Source: Laetmonice hystrix (taxonomy: Eukaryota). From it: a stretch of 64,000 nucleotides of DNA. A program made the position numbers and the translations under genes. Location of the stretch: the NCBI GenBank assembly GCA_965235115.1, contig OZ249436.1:2606001-2670000 (forward strand), read 5' to 3'. The notes beneath the pieces are model-generated. The model did not search any database and was not told where the DNA came from. It worked only from the letters and a program-made list of their open reading frames with translations. This document shows, piece after piece, positions 25,001-38,100 of this stretch. Position 1 is the first letter of the stretch. Every line of letters begins with the position of its first letter.

Positions 25001-28000
25001 CCAAACAAACAAAGGAAGGTTACCGAGATTTTGCAGGCAAGAAACACCAGGGTGCAGCACAACTGCACTGAAGGGGGGGGGGTCTCCGACTGCACTGCTA
25101 CCTTCCGGCTAGCGGTGGAATCACCACGTACTGGCAGGCACCTGTGGCTCTGAGGCGAGAGACAGGTTAAGGCAATGATTAGCGAAAAATGGCTACATTT
25201 TTGATGCGTCAAATTGAAACTAAGCCTCCCAAAATTATGATTCTTAGGCCAGATGTACGAATGTCAAACGTATAGGTCTCGTAGGTTCGCTACAGCTATA
25301 TGGTTGTGATGTGTACACTTCCCATTTGAGCATGTTCTCCAGATTTTAACATTAGATGCTCCTCGCCTGTACCTTTCATTTCCACTACCTCACTGTAGTG
25401 TTTGCACCTTTCATTAGGCCAGTCGGTAAGATTTAAGGATTTCTCACTCTACTGGTTGGCCTTCCCCACTGCTTGGCCCCACAGTGTACCGTTTGGCCTC
25501 ACTGTAGGCCTACTCTTTGGCCTCACTGTAGTGTTCGCTTGGGTGCTAGGCCAGACAGTATACTTTGTAGCGATTCCTCCCTTACTGTTTGGTCTTCCTC
25601 TACCGTTTGCTTGTATACAAGAGTAGCCAGTAGTATAGGGACGCCTCATGTTTCATGTTTCCATGCCTTTATTGTCCAGGAGGAAGGCCATCCGTTTCGT
25701 CTATCAATTACTCCCATCTAATCTATGTCCCCTGCAGACCATCTGTAAGCGTCCGACAACGTTGTCAGGTCGTCCCAATGACTGTTTGCCGGAAAGCTTT
25801 AGTTAACAATGGAAAATGACGTTGTACGCCTTTTCTATATCAGAAATCCCATCCCCCAAGTAACAAACAAACAAAGGAAGGTTACCGAGATTTTGCAGGC
25901 AAGAAACACCAGGGTGCAGCACAACTGCACTGAAGCGGAGGGGGGGGGGTCCCCGACTGCACTGCTACCTTGCGGCTAGCGGTGGAATCACCACGTACTG
26001 GCAGGCACCTGTGGCTCTGAGGCGAGAGACAGGTTAAGGCAATGATAAGCGAAAAATGGCTACATTTTTGATGCGTCAAATTGAAACTAAGCGTCCCAAA
26101 ACTATGATTCTTAGGCCAGATGTACGACTGTCAAACGTATAGGTCTCGTACGTTCGCTACAGGTATACGGTTGTGATGTGTACACTTCGCATTTGAGTAT
26201 CTTCTCCAGATGTTAACATTAGATGCTCCTCGCCTGTACCTTTCATTTCCACTACCTCACTGTAGTGTTTGCACCTTTCATTAGGCCAGTCGGTAAGATT
26301 TAAGGATTTCTCACTCTACTGGTTGGCCTTCCCCACTGCTTGGCCCCACAGTGTACTGTTTGGCCTCACTGTAGGCCTACTCTTAGGCCTCACTGTAGTG
26401 TTCGCTTTGGTGCTAGGCCAGACAGTATACCTTGTAGCCATTCCTCCCTGTACTGTTTGGTCTTCCTCTACCGTTTGCTTGTATACAAGAGTAGCCAGTA
26501 GTATAGGGACGCCTCATGTTTCATGTTTCCATGCCTTTATTGTCCAGGACGAAGGCCATCCGTTTCGTCTATCATCTACTCCCATCTAATCTATGTCCCC
26601 CACAGACCATCTGTAAGCATCCGAAAGCTTTAGTTAACAATGGAAAATGACGTTGTACGCCTTTTCTATATCAGATATCCCATCCCCAAGTAACAAACAA
26701 ACAAAGGAAGGTTACCGAGATTTTGCAGGCAAGAAACACCAGGGTGCAGCACAACTGCACCGAAGCGGGGGGGGGGGTCTCCGACTGCACTGCTACCTTC
26801 CGGCTAGCGGTGGAATCACCACGTACTGGCAGGCACCTATGGCTCTGAGGCGAGAGACAGGTTAAGGCAATGATAAGCGAAAAATGGCTACATTTTTGAT
26901 GCGTCAAATTGAAACTAAGCCTCCCAAAATTATGATTCTTAGGCCAGATGTACGACTGTCAAACGTATAGGTCTCGTACGTTCGCTACAGATATATGGTT
27001 GTGATGTGTACACTTCCCATTTGAGCATGTTCTCCAGATTTTAACATTAGATGCTCCTCGCCTGTACCTTTCATTTCCACTACCTCACTGTAGTGTTTGC
27101 ACCTTTCATTAGGCCAGCCGGTAAGATTTAACGATTTTCCACTCTACTGGTTGGCCTTCCCCACTGCTTGGCCCCACAGCATACTGTTTGGCCTCACTGT
27201 AGGCCTACTCTTTGGCCTCACTGTAGTGTTCGCTTGGGTGCTAGGCCAGACAGTATACCTTGTAGCCATTCCTCCCTGTACTGTTTGGTCTTCCTGTACC
27301 GTTTGCTTGTATACAAGAGTAGCCAGTAGTATAGGGACGCCTCATGTTTTATGTTTCCATGCCTTTATTGTCCAGGAGGAAGGCCATCCGTTTCGTCTAT
27401 CATCTACTCCCATCTAATCTATGTCCTCTACAGACCATCTGTAAGCGTCCGACAATGTTGTCAGGTCGTCCCAATGACTGTTTGCCGTAAGGCTTTAGTT
27501 AACAATGGAAAATGACGTTGTACGCCTTTTCTATATCAGATATCCCATCCCCAAGTAACAAACAAACAAAGGAAGGTTACCGAGATTTTGCCGGCAAGAA
27601 ACACCAGGGTGCAGCACAACTGCACTGAAGCGGGGGGGGGGCACTCCGACTGCACTGCTACCTTCCGACTAGCGGTGGAATCACCACGTACTGGCAGGCA
27701 CCTGTGGCTCTGAGGCGAGAGACAGGTTAGGGCAATGATAAGCGAAAAATGGCTACATTTTTGATGCGTCAAATTGAAACTAAGCCTCCCAAAATTATGA
27801 TTCTTAGGCCAGATGTACGACTGTCAAACGTATAGCTCTCGTACGTTCGCTACAGATATATGGTTGTGATGTGTACACTTCCCATTTGAGCATGTTCTCC
27901 AGATTTTGACATTAGATGCTCCTTGCCTGTACCTTTCATTTCCACTACCTCACTGTAGTGTTTGCACCTTTCATTAGGCCAGCCGGTAAGATTTAAGGAT

Positions 28001-28005
28001 TTTCC
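7270..28005. repeat. 12-monomer (~10.37-kb) tandem segmental duplication, two copies, junction near 17640
   Basis: Landmarks 7911/18278 through 17409/27772 are offset by 10363-10368 bp. Private variants occur exactly twice: CTATAATCG (~8443, ~18810), CCTGCGG (~8707, ~19075), TAGCGCTGG (~10411, ~20779), the 37-bp deletion (~16257, ~26623) and CCTTGCCTG (~17558, ~27921). Confidence 0.93.
16245..16270. repeat. 37-bp deletion junction in a monomer (second copy at ~26615-26635)
   Basis: GCATCCGAAAGCTTTAG instead of GCATCCG[ACAACGTTGTC...TTTGCCGT]AAAGCTTTAG. Landmark spacings are 831 and 828 bp. Confidence 0.93.
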
Positions 28006-31000
28006 ACTGTACTGGTTGGCCTTCCCCACTGCTTGGCCCCACAGCATACTGTTTGGCCTCACTGTAGGCCTACTCTTTGGCCTCACTGTAGTGTTCGCTT
28101 GGGTGCTAGGCCAGACGGTATACCTTGTAGCCATTCCTCCTTGTACTGTTTGGTCTTCCTCTACCGTTCTCTTGTATACAAGAGTAGCCAGTAGTATAGG
28201 GACGCCTCATGTTTCATGTTTCCATGCCTTTATTGTCCAGGAGGAAGGCCATCCGTTTCGTCTATCATCTACTCCCATCTAATCTAGGTCCCCCACAGAC
28301 CATCTGTAAGCGTCCGACAACGTTGTCAGGTCGTCCCAATGACTGTTTGCCGTAAAGCTTTAGTTAACAATGGAAAATGACGTTGTACGCCTTTTCTATA
28401 TCAGATATCCCATCCCCAAGTAACAAACAAACAAAGGAAGGTTACCGAGATTTTGCAGGCAAGAAACACCAGGGTGCAGCACAACTGCACTGAAGCGGGG
28501 GGGGGGCACTCCGACTGCACTGCTACCTTCCGGCTAGCGGTGGAATCACCACGTACTGGCAGGCACCTGTGGCTCTGAGGCGAGAGACAGGTTAAGGCAA
28601 TGATTAGCGAAAAATGGCTACATTTTTGATGCGTCAAATTGAAACTAAGCCTCCCAAAATTATGATTCTTAGGCCAGATGTACGAATGTCAAACGTATAG
28701 GTCTCGTAGGTTCGCTACAGCTATATGGTTGTGATGTGTACACTTCCCATTTGAGCATGTTCTCCAGATTTTAACATTAGATGCTCCTCGCCTGTACCTT
28801 TCATTTCCACTACCTCACTGTAGTGTTTGCACCTTTCATTAGGCCAGTCGGTAAGATTTAAGGATTTCTCACTCTACTGGTTGGCCTTCCCCACTGCTTG
28901 GCCCCACAGTGTACCGTTTGGCCTCACTGTAGGCCTACTCTTTGGCCTCACTGTAGTGTTCGCTTGGGTGCTAGGCCAGACAGTATACTTTGTAGCGATT
29001 CCTCCCTTACTGTTTGGTCTTCCTCTACCGTTTGCTTGTATACAAGAGTAGCCAGTAGTATAGGGACGCCTCATGTTTCATGTTTCCATGCCTTTATTGT
29101 CCAGGAGGAAGGCCATCCGTTTCGTCTATCAATTACTCCCATCTAATCTATGTCCCCTGCAGACCATCTGTAAGCGTCCGACAACGTTGTCAGGTCGTCC
29201 CAATGACTGTTTGCCGGAAAGCTTTAGTTAACAATGGAAAATGACGTTGTACGCCTTTTCTATATCAGAAATCCCATCCCCCAAGTAACAAACAAACAAA
29301 GGAAGGTTACCGAGATTTTGCAGGCAAGAAACACCAGGGTGCAGCACAACTGCACTGAAGCGGAGGGGGGGGGGGGTCCCCGACTGCACTGCTACCTTGC
29401 GGCTAGCGGTGGAATCACCACGTACTGGCAGGCACCTGTGGCTCTGAGGCGAGAGACAGGTTAAGGCAATGATAAGCGAAAAATGGCTACATTTTTGATG
29501 CGTCAAATTGAAACTAAGCGTCCCAAAATTATGATTCTTAGGCCAGATGTACGACTGTCAAACGTATAGGTCTCGTACGTTCGCTACAGGTATACGGTTG
29601 TGATGTGTACACTTCGCATTTGAGTATCTTCTCCAGATGTTAACATTAGATGCTCCTCGCCTGTACCTTTCATTTCCACTACCTCACTGTAGTGTTTGCA
29701 CCTTTCATTAGGCCAGTCGGTAAGATTTAAGGATTTCTCACTCTACTGGTTGGCCTTCCCCACTGCTTGGCCCCACAGTGTACTGTTTGGCCTCACTGTA
29801 GGCCTACTCTTAGGCCTCACTGTAGTGTTTGCTTTGGTGCTAGGCCAGACAGTATACCTTGTAGCCATTCCTCCCTGTACTGTTTGGTCTTCCTCTACCG
29901 TTTGCTTGTATACAAGAGTAGCCAGTAGTATAGGGACGCCTGATGTTTCATGTTTCCATGCCTTTATTGCCCAGGAGGAAGGCCATCCGTTTCGTCTATC
30001 ATCTACTCCCATCTAATCTATGTCCCCTCCAGACCATCTGTAAGCGTCCGACAACGTTGTCAGGTCGTCCCAATGACTGTTTGCCGTAAAGCTTTAGTTA
30101 ACAATGGAAAATGACGTTGTACGCCTTTTCTATATCAGAAATCCCATCCCCAAGTAACAAACAAACAAAGGAAGGTTACCGAGATTTTGCAGGCAAGAAA
30201 CACCAGGGTGCAGCACAACTGCACCGAAGCGGGGGGGGGGGTCTCCGACTGCACTGCTACCTTCCGGCTAGCGGTGGAATCACCACGTACTGGCAGGCAC
30301 CTGTGGCTCTGAGGCGAGAGACAGGTTAAGGCAATGATAAGCGAAAAATGGCTACATTTTTGATGCGTCAAATTGAAACTAAGCCTCCCAAAATTATTAT
30401 TCTTAGGCCAGATGTACGACTGTCAAACATATAGGTCTCGTAAGTTCGCTACAGGTATACGGTTGTGATGTGTACACTTCGCATTTGAGTATCTTCTCCA
30501 GATGTTAACATTAGATGCTCCTCGCCTGTACCTTTCATTTCCACTACCTCACTGTAGTGTTTGCACCTTTCATTAGGCCAGCCGGTAAGATTTAACGATT
30601 TTCCACTCTACTGGTTGGCCTTCCCCACTGCTTGGCCCCACAGCATACTGTTTGGCCTCACTGTAGGCCTACTCTTTGGCCTCACTGTAGTGTTCGCTTG
30701 GGTGCTAGGCCAGACGGTATACCTTGTAGCCATTCCTCCCTGTACTGTTTGGTCTTCCTCTACCGTTTGCTTGTATACAAGGGTAGCCAGTAGTATAGGG
30801 ACGCCTCATGTTTCATGTTTCCATGCCTTTATTGTCCAGGACGAAGGCCATCCGTTTCGTCTATCATCTACTCCCATCTAATCTATGTCCCCCACAGACC
30901 ATCTGTAAGCATCCGACAACGTTGTCAGGTCGTCCCAATGACTGTTTGCCGTAAAGCTTTAGTTAACAATGGAAAATGACGTTGTACGCCTTTTCTATAT

Positions 31001-32129
31001 CAGATATCCCATCCCCAAGTAACAAACAAACAAAGGAAGGTTACCGAGATTTTGCAGGCAAGAAACACCAGGGTGCAGCACAACTGCACCGAAGCGGGGG
31101 GGGGTCTCCGACTGCACTGCTACCTTCCGGCTAGCGGTGGAATCACCACGTACTGGCAGGCACCTATGGCTCTGAGGCGAGAGACAGGTTAAGGCAATGA
31201 TAAGCGAAAAATGGCTACATTTTTGATGCGTCAAATTGAAACTAAGCCTCCCAAAATTATGATTCTTAGGCCAGATATACGACTGTCAAACGTATAGGTC
31301 TCGTACGTTCGCTACAGATATATGGTTGTGATGTGTACACTTCCCATTTGAGCATGTTCTCCAGATTTTAACATTAGATGCTCCTCGCCTGTACCTTTCA
31401 TTTCCACTACCTCACTGTAGTGTTTGCACCTTTCATTAGGCCAGCCGGTAAGATTTAACGATTTTCCACTCTACTGGTTGGCCTTCCCCACTGCTTGGCC
31501 CCACAGCATACTGTTTGGCCTCACTGTAGGCCTACTCTTTGGCCTCACTGTAGTGTTCGCTTGGGTGCTAGGCCAGACAGTATACCTTGTAGCCATTCCT
31601 CCCTGTACTGTTTGGTCTTCCTCTACCGTTTGCTTGTATACAAGAGTAGCCAGTAGTATAGGGACGCCTCATGTTTCATGTTTCCATGCCTTTATTGTCC
31701 AGGAGGAAGGCCATCCGTTTCGTCTATCATCTACTCCCATCTAATCTATGTCCCCTACAGACCATCTGTAAGCGTCCGACAATGTTGTCAGGTCGTCCCA
31801 ATGACTGTTTGCCGTAAGGCTTTAGTTAACAATGGAAAATGACGTTGTACGCCTTTTCTATATCAGATATCCCATCCCCAAGTAACAAACAAACAAAGGA
31901 AGGTTACCGAGATTTTGCAGGCAAGAAACACCAGGGTGCAGCACAACTGCACTGAAGCGGGGGGGGGGCACTCCGACTGCACTGCTACCTTCCGGCTAGC
32001 GGTGGAATCACCACGTACTGGCAGGCACCTGTGGCTCTGAGGCGAGAGACAGGTTAAGGCAATGATAAGCGAAAAATGGCTACATTTTTGATGCGTCAAA
32101 TTGAAACTAAGCCTCCCAAAATTATGATT

Positions 32130-35100
32130 CTTAGGCCAGATGTACGACTGTCAAACATATAGGTCTCGTACGTTCGCTACAGCTATATGGTTCTGATGTG
32201 TACACTTCCCATTTGAGCATGTTCTCCAGATTTTAACATTAGATGCTCCTCGCCTGTACCTTTCATTTCCACTACCTCACTGTAGTGTTTGCACCTTTCA
32301 TTAGGCCAGTCGGTAAGTTTTAAGGATTTCTCACTCTACTGGTTGGCCTTCCCCACTGCTTGGCCCCACAGTGTACTGTTTGGCCTCACTGTAGGCCTAC
32401 TCTTAGGCCTTACTGTAGTGTTTGCCGTAAAGCTTTAGTTAACAATGGAAAATGACGTTGTACGCCTTTTCTATATCAGATATCCCATCCCCATGTAACA
32501 AACAAACAAGGGGGGGGGGGTCTCCGACTGCACTGCTACCTTCCGGCTAGCGGTGGAATCACCACGTACTGGCAGGCACCTGTGGCTCTGAGGCGAGAGA
32601 CAGGTTAAGGCAATGATAAGCGAAAAATGGCTACATTTTTGATGCGTCAAATTGAAACTAAGCCTCCCAAAATTATTATTCTTAGGCCAGATGTACGACT
32701 GTCAAACGTATAGGTCTCGTACGTTCGCTACAGATATATCGTTGTGATGTGTACACTTCGCATTTGGGTATCTTCTCCAGATTTTAACATTAGATGCTCC
32801 TCGCCTGTACCTTTCATTTCCTCTACCTCACTGTAGTGTTTGCATGGGTACTAGGCCAGCCGGTAAGATTTAAGGATTTTCCACTCTACTGGTTGGCCTT
32901 CCCCAATGCTTGGCCCCACAGCATACTGTTTGGCCTCACTGTAGGCCTACTCTTTGGCCTCACTGTAGTGTTCGCTTGGGTGCTAGGCCAGACAGTATAC
33001 CTTGTAGCCATTCCTCCCTGTACTGTTTGGTCTTCCTCTACCGTTTGCTTGTATACAAGAGTAGCCAGTAGTATAGGGACGCCTCATGTTTCATGTTTCC
33101 ATGCCTTTATTGTCCAGGAGGAAGGCTATCCGTTTCGTCTATCAATTACTCCCATCTAATCTATGTCCCCTCCAGACCATCTGTAAGCGTCCGACAACGT
33201 TGTCAGGTCGTCCCAATGACTGTTTGCCGTAAAGCTTTAGTTAACAATGGAAAATGACGTTGTACGCCTTTTCTATATCAGAAATCCCATCCCCAAGTAA
33301 CAAACAAACAAAGGAAGGTTACCGAGATTTTGCCGGCAAGAAACACCAGGGTGCAGAACAACTGCACTGAAGCGGAGGGGGGGGGGGTCCCCGACTGCAC
33401 TGCTACCTTGCGGCTAGCGGTGGAATCACCACGTACTGGCAGGCACCTGTGGCTCTGAGGCGAGAGACAGGTTAAGGCAATGATAAGCGAAAAATGGCTA
33501 CATTTTTGATGCGTCAAATTGAAACTAAGCGTCCCAAAATTATGATTCTTAGGCCAGATGTACGACTGTCAAACGTATAGGTCTCGTACGTTCGCTACAG
33601 GTATACGGTTGTGATGTGTACACTTCGCATTTGAGTATCTTCTCCAGATGTTAACATTAGATGCTCCTCGCCTGTACCTTTCATTTCCACTACCTCACTG
33701 TAGTGTTTGCACCTTTCATTAGGCCAGCCGGTAAGATTTAACGATTTTCCACTCTACTGGTTGGCCTTCCCCACTGCTTGGCCCCACAGCATACTGTTTG
33801 GCCTCACTGTAGGCCTACTCTTTGGCCTCACTGTAGTGTTCGCTTGGGTGCTAGGCCAGACGGTATACCTTGTAGCCATTCCTCCCTGTACTGTTTGGTC
33901 TTCCTCTACCGTTTGCTTGTATACAAGGGTAGCCAGTAGTATAGGGACGCCTCATGTTTCATGTTTCCATGCCTTTATTGTCCAGGACGAAGGCCATCCG
34001 TTTCGTCTATCATCTACTCCCATCTAATCTATGTCCCCCACAGACCATCTGTAAGCATCCGACAACGTTGTCAGGTCGTCCCAATGACTGTTTGCCGTAA
34101 AGCTTTAGTTAACAATGGAAAATGACGTTGTACGCCTTTTCTATATCAGATATCCCATCCCCAAGTAACAAACAAACAAAGGAAGGTTACCGAGATTTTG
34201 CAGGCAAGAAACACCAGGGTGCAGCACAACTGCACTGAAGCGGGGGGGGGGCACTCCGACTGCACTGCTACCTTCCGGCTAGCGGTGGAATCACCACGTA
34301 CTGGCAGGCACCTGTGGCTCTGAGGCGAGAGACAGGTTAAGGCAATGATTAGCGAAAAATGGCTACATTTTTGATGCGTCAAATTGAAACTAAGCCTCCC
34401 AAAATTATGATTCTTAGGCCAGATGTACGAATGTCATGCGTATAGGTCTCGTAGGTTCGCTACAGCTATATGGTTGTGATGTGTACACTTCCCATTTGAG
34501 CATGTTCTCCAGATTTTAACATTAGATGCTCCTCGCCTGTACCTTTCATTTCCACTACCTCACTGTAGTGTTTGCACCTTTCATTAGGCCAGTCGGTAAG
34601 ATTTAAGGATTTCTCACTCTACTGGTTGGCCTTCCCCACTGCTTGGCCCCACAGTGTACTGTTTGGCCTCACTGTAGGCCTACTCTTAGGCCTCACTGTA
34701 GTGTTTGCTTTGGTGCTAGGCCAGACAGTATACCTTGTAGCCATTCCTCCCTGTACTGTTTGGTCTTCCTCTACCGTTTGCTTGTATACAAGAGTAGCCA
34801 GTAGTATAGGGACGCCTGATGTTTCATGTTTCCATGCCTTTATTGCCCAGGAGGAAGGCCATCCGTTTCGTCTATCATCTACTCCCATCTAATCTATGTC
34901 CCCTCCAGACCATCTGTAAGCGTCCGACAACGTTGTCAGGTCGTCCCAATGACTGTTTGCCGTAAAGCTTTAGTTAACAATGGAAAATGACGTTGTACGC
35001 CTTTTCTATATCAGATATCCCATCCCCAAGTAACAAACAAACAAAGGAAGGTTACCGAGATTTTGCAGGCAAGAAACACCAGGGTGCAGCACAACTGCAC

Positions 35101-38100
35101 CGAAGCGGGGGGGGGGTCTCCGACTGCACTGCTACCTTCCGGCTAGCGGTGGAATCACCACGTACTGGCAGGCACCTGTGGCTCTGAGGCGAGAGACAGG
35201 TTAAGGCAATGATAAGCGAAAAATGGCTACATTTTTGATGCGTCAAATTGAAACTAAGCCTCCCAAAATTATTATTCTTAGGCCAGATGTACGACTGTCA
35301 AACATATAGGTCTCGTACGTTCGCTACAGCTATATGGTTCTGATGTGTACACTTCCCATTTGAGCATGTTCTCCAGATTTTAACATTAGATGCTCCTCGC
35401 CTGTACCTTTCATTTCCACTACCTCACTGTAGTGTTTGCACCTTTCATTAGGCCAGTCGGTAAGTTTTAAGGATTTCTCACTCTACTGGTTGGCCTTCCC
35501 CACTGCTTGGCCCCACAGTGTACTGTTTGGCCTCACTGTAGGCCTACTCTTAGGCCTTACTGTAGTGTTTGCCGTAAAGCTTTAGTTAACAATGGAAAAT
35601 GACGTTGTACGCCTTTTCTATATCAGATATCCCATCCCCATGTAACAAACAAACAAAGGGGGGGGGGTCTCCGACTGCACTGCTACCTTCCGGCTAGCGG
35701 TGGAATCACCACGTACTGGCAGGCACCTGTGGCTCTGAGGCGAGAGACAGGTTAAGGCAATGATAAGCGAAAAATGGCTACATTTTTGATGCGTCAAATT
35801 GAAACTAAGCCTCCCAAAATTATTATTCTTAGGCCAGATGTACGACTGTCAAACGTATAGGTCTCGTACGTTCGCTACAGATATATCGTTGTGATGTGTA
35901 CACTTCGCATTTGGGTATCTTCTCCAGATTTTAACATTAGATGCTCCTCGCCTGTACCTTTCATTTCCTCTACCTCACTGTAGTGTTTGCATGGGTACTA
36001 GGCCAGCCGGTAAGATTTAAGGATTTTCCACTCTACTGGTTGGCCTTCCCCAATGCTTGGCCCCACAGCATACTGTTTGGCCTCACTGTAGGCCTACTCT
36101 TTGGCCTCACTGTAGTGTTCGCTTGGGTGCTAGGCCAGACAGTATACCTTGTAGCCATTCCTCCCTGTACTGTTTGGTCTTCCTCTACCGTTTGCTTGTA
36201 TACAAGAGTAGCCAGTAGTATAGGGACGCCTCATGTTTCATGTTTCCATGCCTTTATTGTCCAGGAGGAAGGCTATCCGTTTCGTCTATCAATTACTCCC
36301 ATCTAATCTATGTCCCCTCCAGACCATCTGTAAGCGTCCGACAACGTTGTCAGGTCGTCCCAATGACTGTTTGCCGTAAAGCTTTAGTTAACAATGGAAA
36401 ATGACGTTGTACGCCTTTTCTATATCAGAAATCCCATCCCCAAGTAACAAACAAACAAAGGAAGGTTACCGAGATTTTGCCGGCAAGAAACACCAGGGTG
36501 CAGAACAACTGCACTGAAGCGGAGGGGGGGGGGGTCCCCGACTGCACTGCTACCTTGCGGCTAGCGGTGGAATCACCACGTACTGGCAGGCACCTGTGGC
36601 TCTGAGGCGAGAGACAGGTTAAGGCAATGATAAGCGAAAAATGGCTACATTTTTGATGCGTCAAATTGAAACTAAGCGTCCCAAAATTATGATTCTTAGG
36701 CCAGATGTACGACTGTCAAACGTATAGGTCTCGTACGTTCGCTACAGGTATACGGTTGTGATGTGTACACTTCGCATTTGAGTATCTTCTCCAGATGTTA
36801 ACATTAGATGCTCCTCGCCTGTACCTTTCATTTCCACTACCTCACTGTAGTGTTTGCACCTTTCATTAGGCCAGCCGGTAAGATTTAACGATTTTCCACT
36901 CTACTGGTTGGCCTTCCCCACTGCTTGGCCCCACAGCATACTGTTTGGCCTCACTGTAGGCCTACTCTTTGGCCTCACTGTAGTGTTCGCTTGGGTGCTA
37001 GGCCAGACGGTATACCTTGTAGCCATTCCTCCCTGTACTGTTTGGTCTTCCTCTACCGTTTGCTTGTATACAAGGGTAGCCAGTAGTATAGGGACGCCTC
37101 ATGTTTCATGTTTCCATGCCTTTATTGTCCAGGACGAAGGCCATCCGTTTCGTCTATCATCTACTCCCATCTAATCTATGTCCCCCACAGACCATCTGTA
37201 AGCATCCGACAACGTTGTCAGGTCGTCCCAATGACTGTTTGCCGTAAAGCTTTAGTTAACAATGGAAAATGACGTTGTACGCCTTTTCTATATCAGATAT
37301 CCCATCCCCAAGTAACAAACAAACAAAGGAAGGTTACCGAGATTTTGCAGGCAAGAAACACCAGGGTGCAGCACAACTGCACTGAAGCGGGGGGGGGGCA
37401 CTCCGACTGCACTGCTACCTTCCGGCTAGCGGTGGAATCACCACGTACTGGCAGGCACCTGTGGCTCTGAGGCGAGAGACAGGTTAAGGCAATGATTAGC
37501 GAAAAATGGCTACATTTTTGATGCGTCAAATTGAAACTAAGCCTCCCAAAATTATGATTCTTAGGCCAGATGTACGAATGTCATGCGTATAGGTCTCGTA
37601 GGTTCGCTACAGCTATATGGTTGTGATGTGTACACTTCCCATTTGAGCATGTTCTCCAGATTTTAACATTAGATGCTCCTCGCCTGTACCTTTCATTTCC
37701 ACTACCTCACTGTAGTGTTTGCACCTTTCATTAGGCCAGTCGGTAAGATTTAAGGATTTCTCACTCTACTGGTTGGCCTTCCCCACTGCTTGGCCCCACA
37801 GTGTACTGTTTGGCCTCACTGTAGGCCTACTCTTAGGCCTCACTGTAGTGTTTGCTTTGGTGCTAGGCCAGACAGTATACCTTGTAGCCATTCCTCCCTG
37901 TACTGTTTGGTCTTCCTCTACCGTTTGCTTGTATACAAGAGTAGCCAGTAGTATAGGGACGCCTGATGTTTCATGTTTCCATGCCTTTATTGCCCAGGAG
38001 GAAGGCCATCCGTTTCGTCTATCATCTACTCCCATCTAATCTATGTCCCCTCCAGACCATCTGTAAGCGTCCGACAACGTTGTCAGGTCGTCCCAATGAC

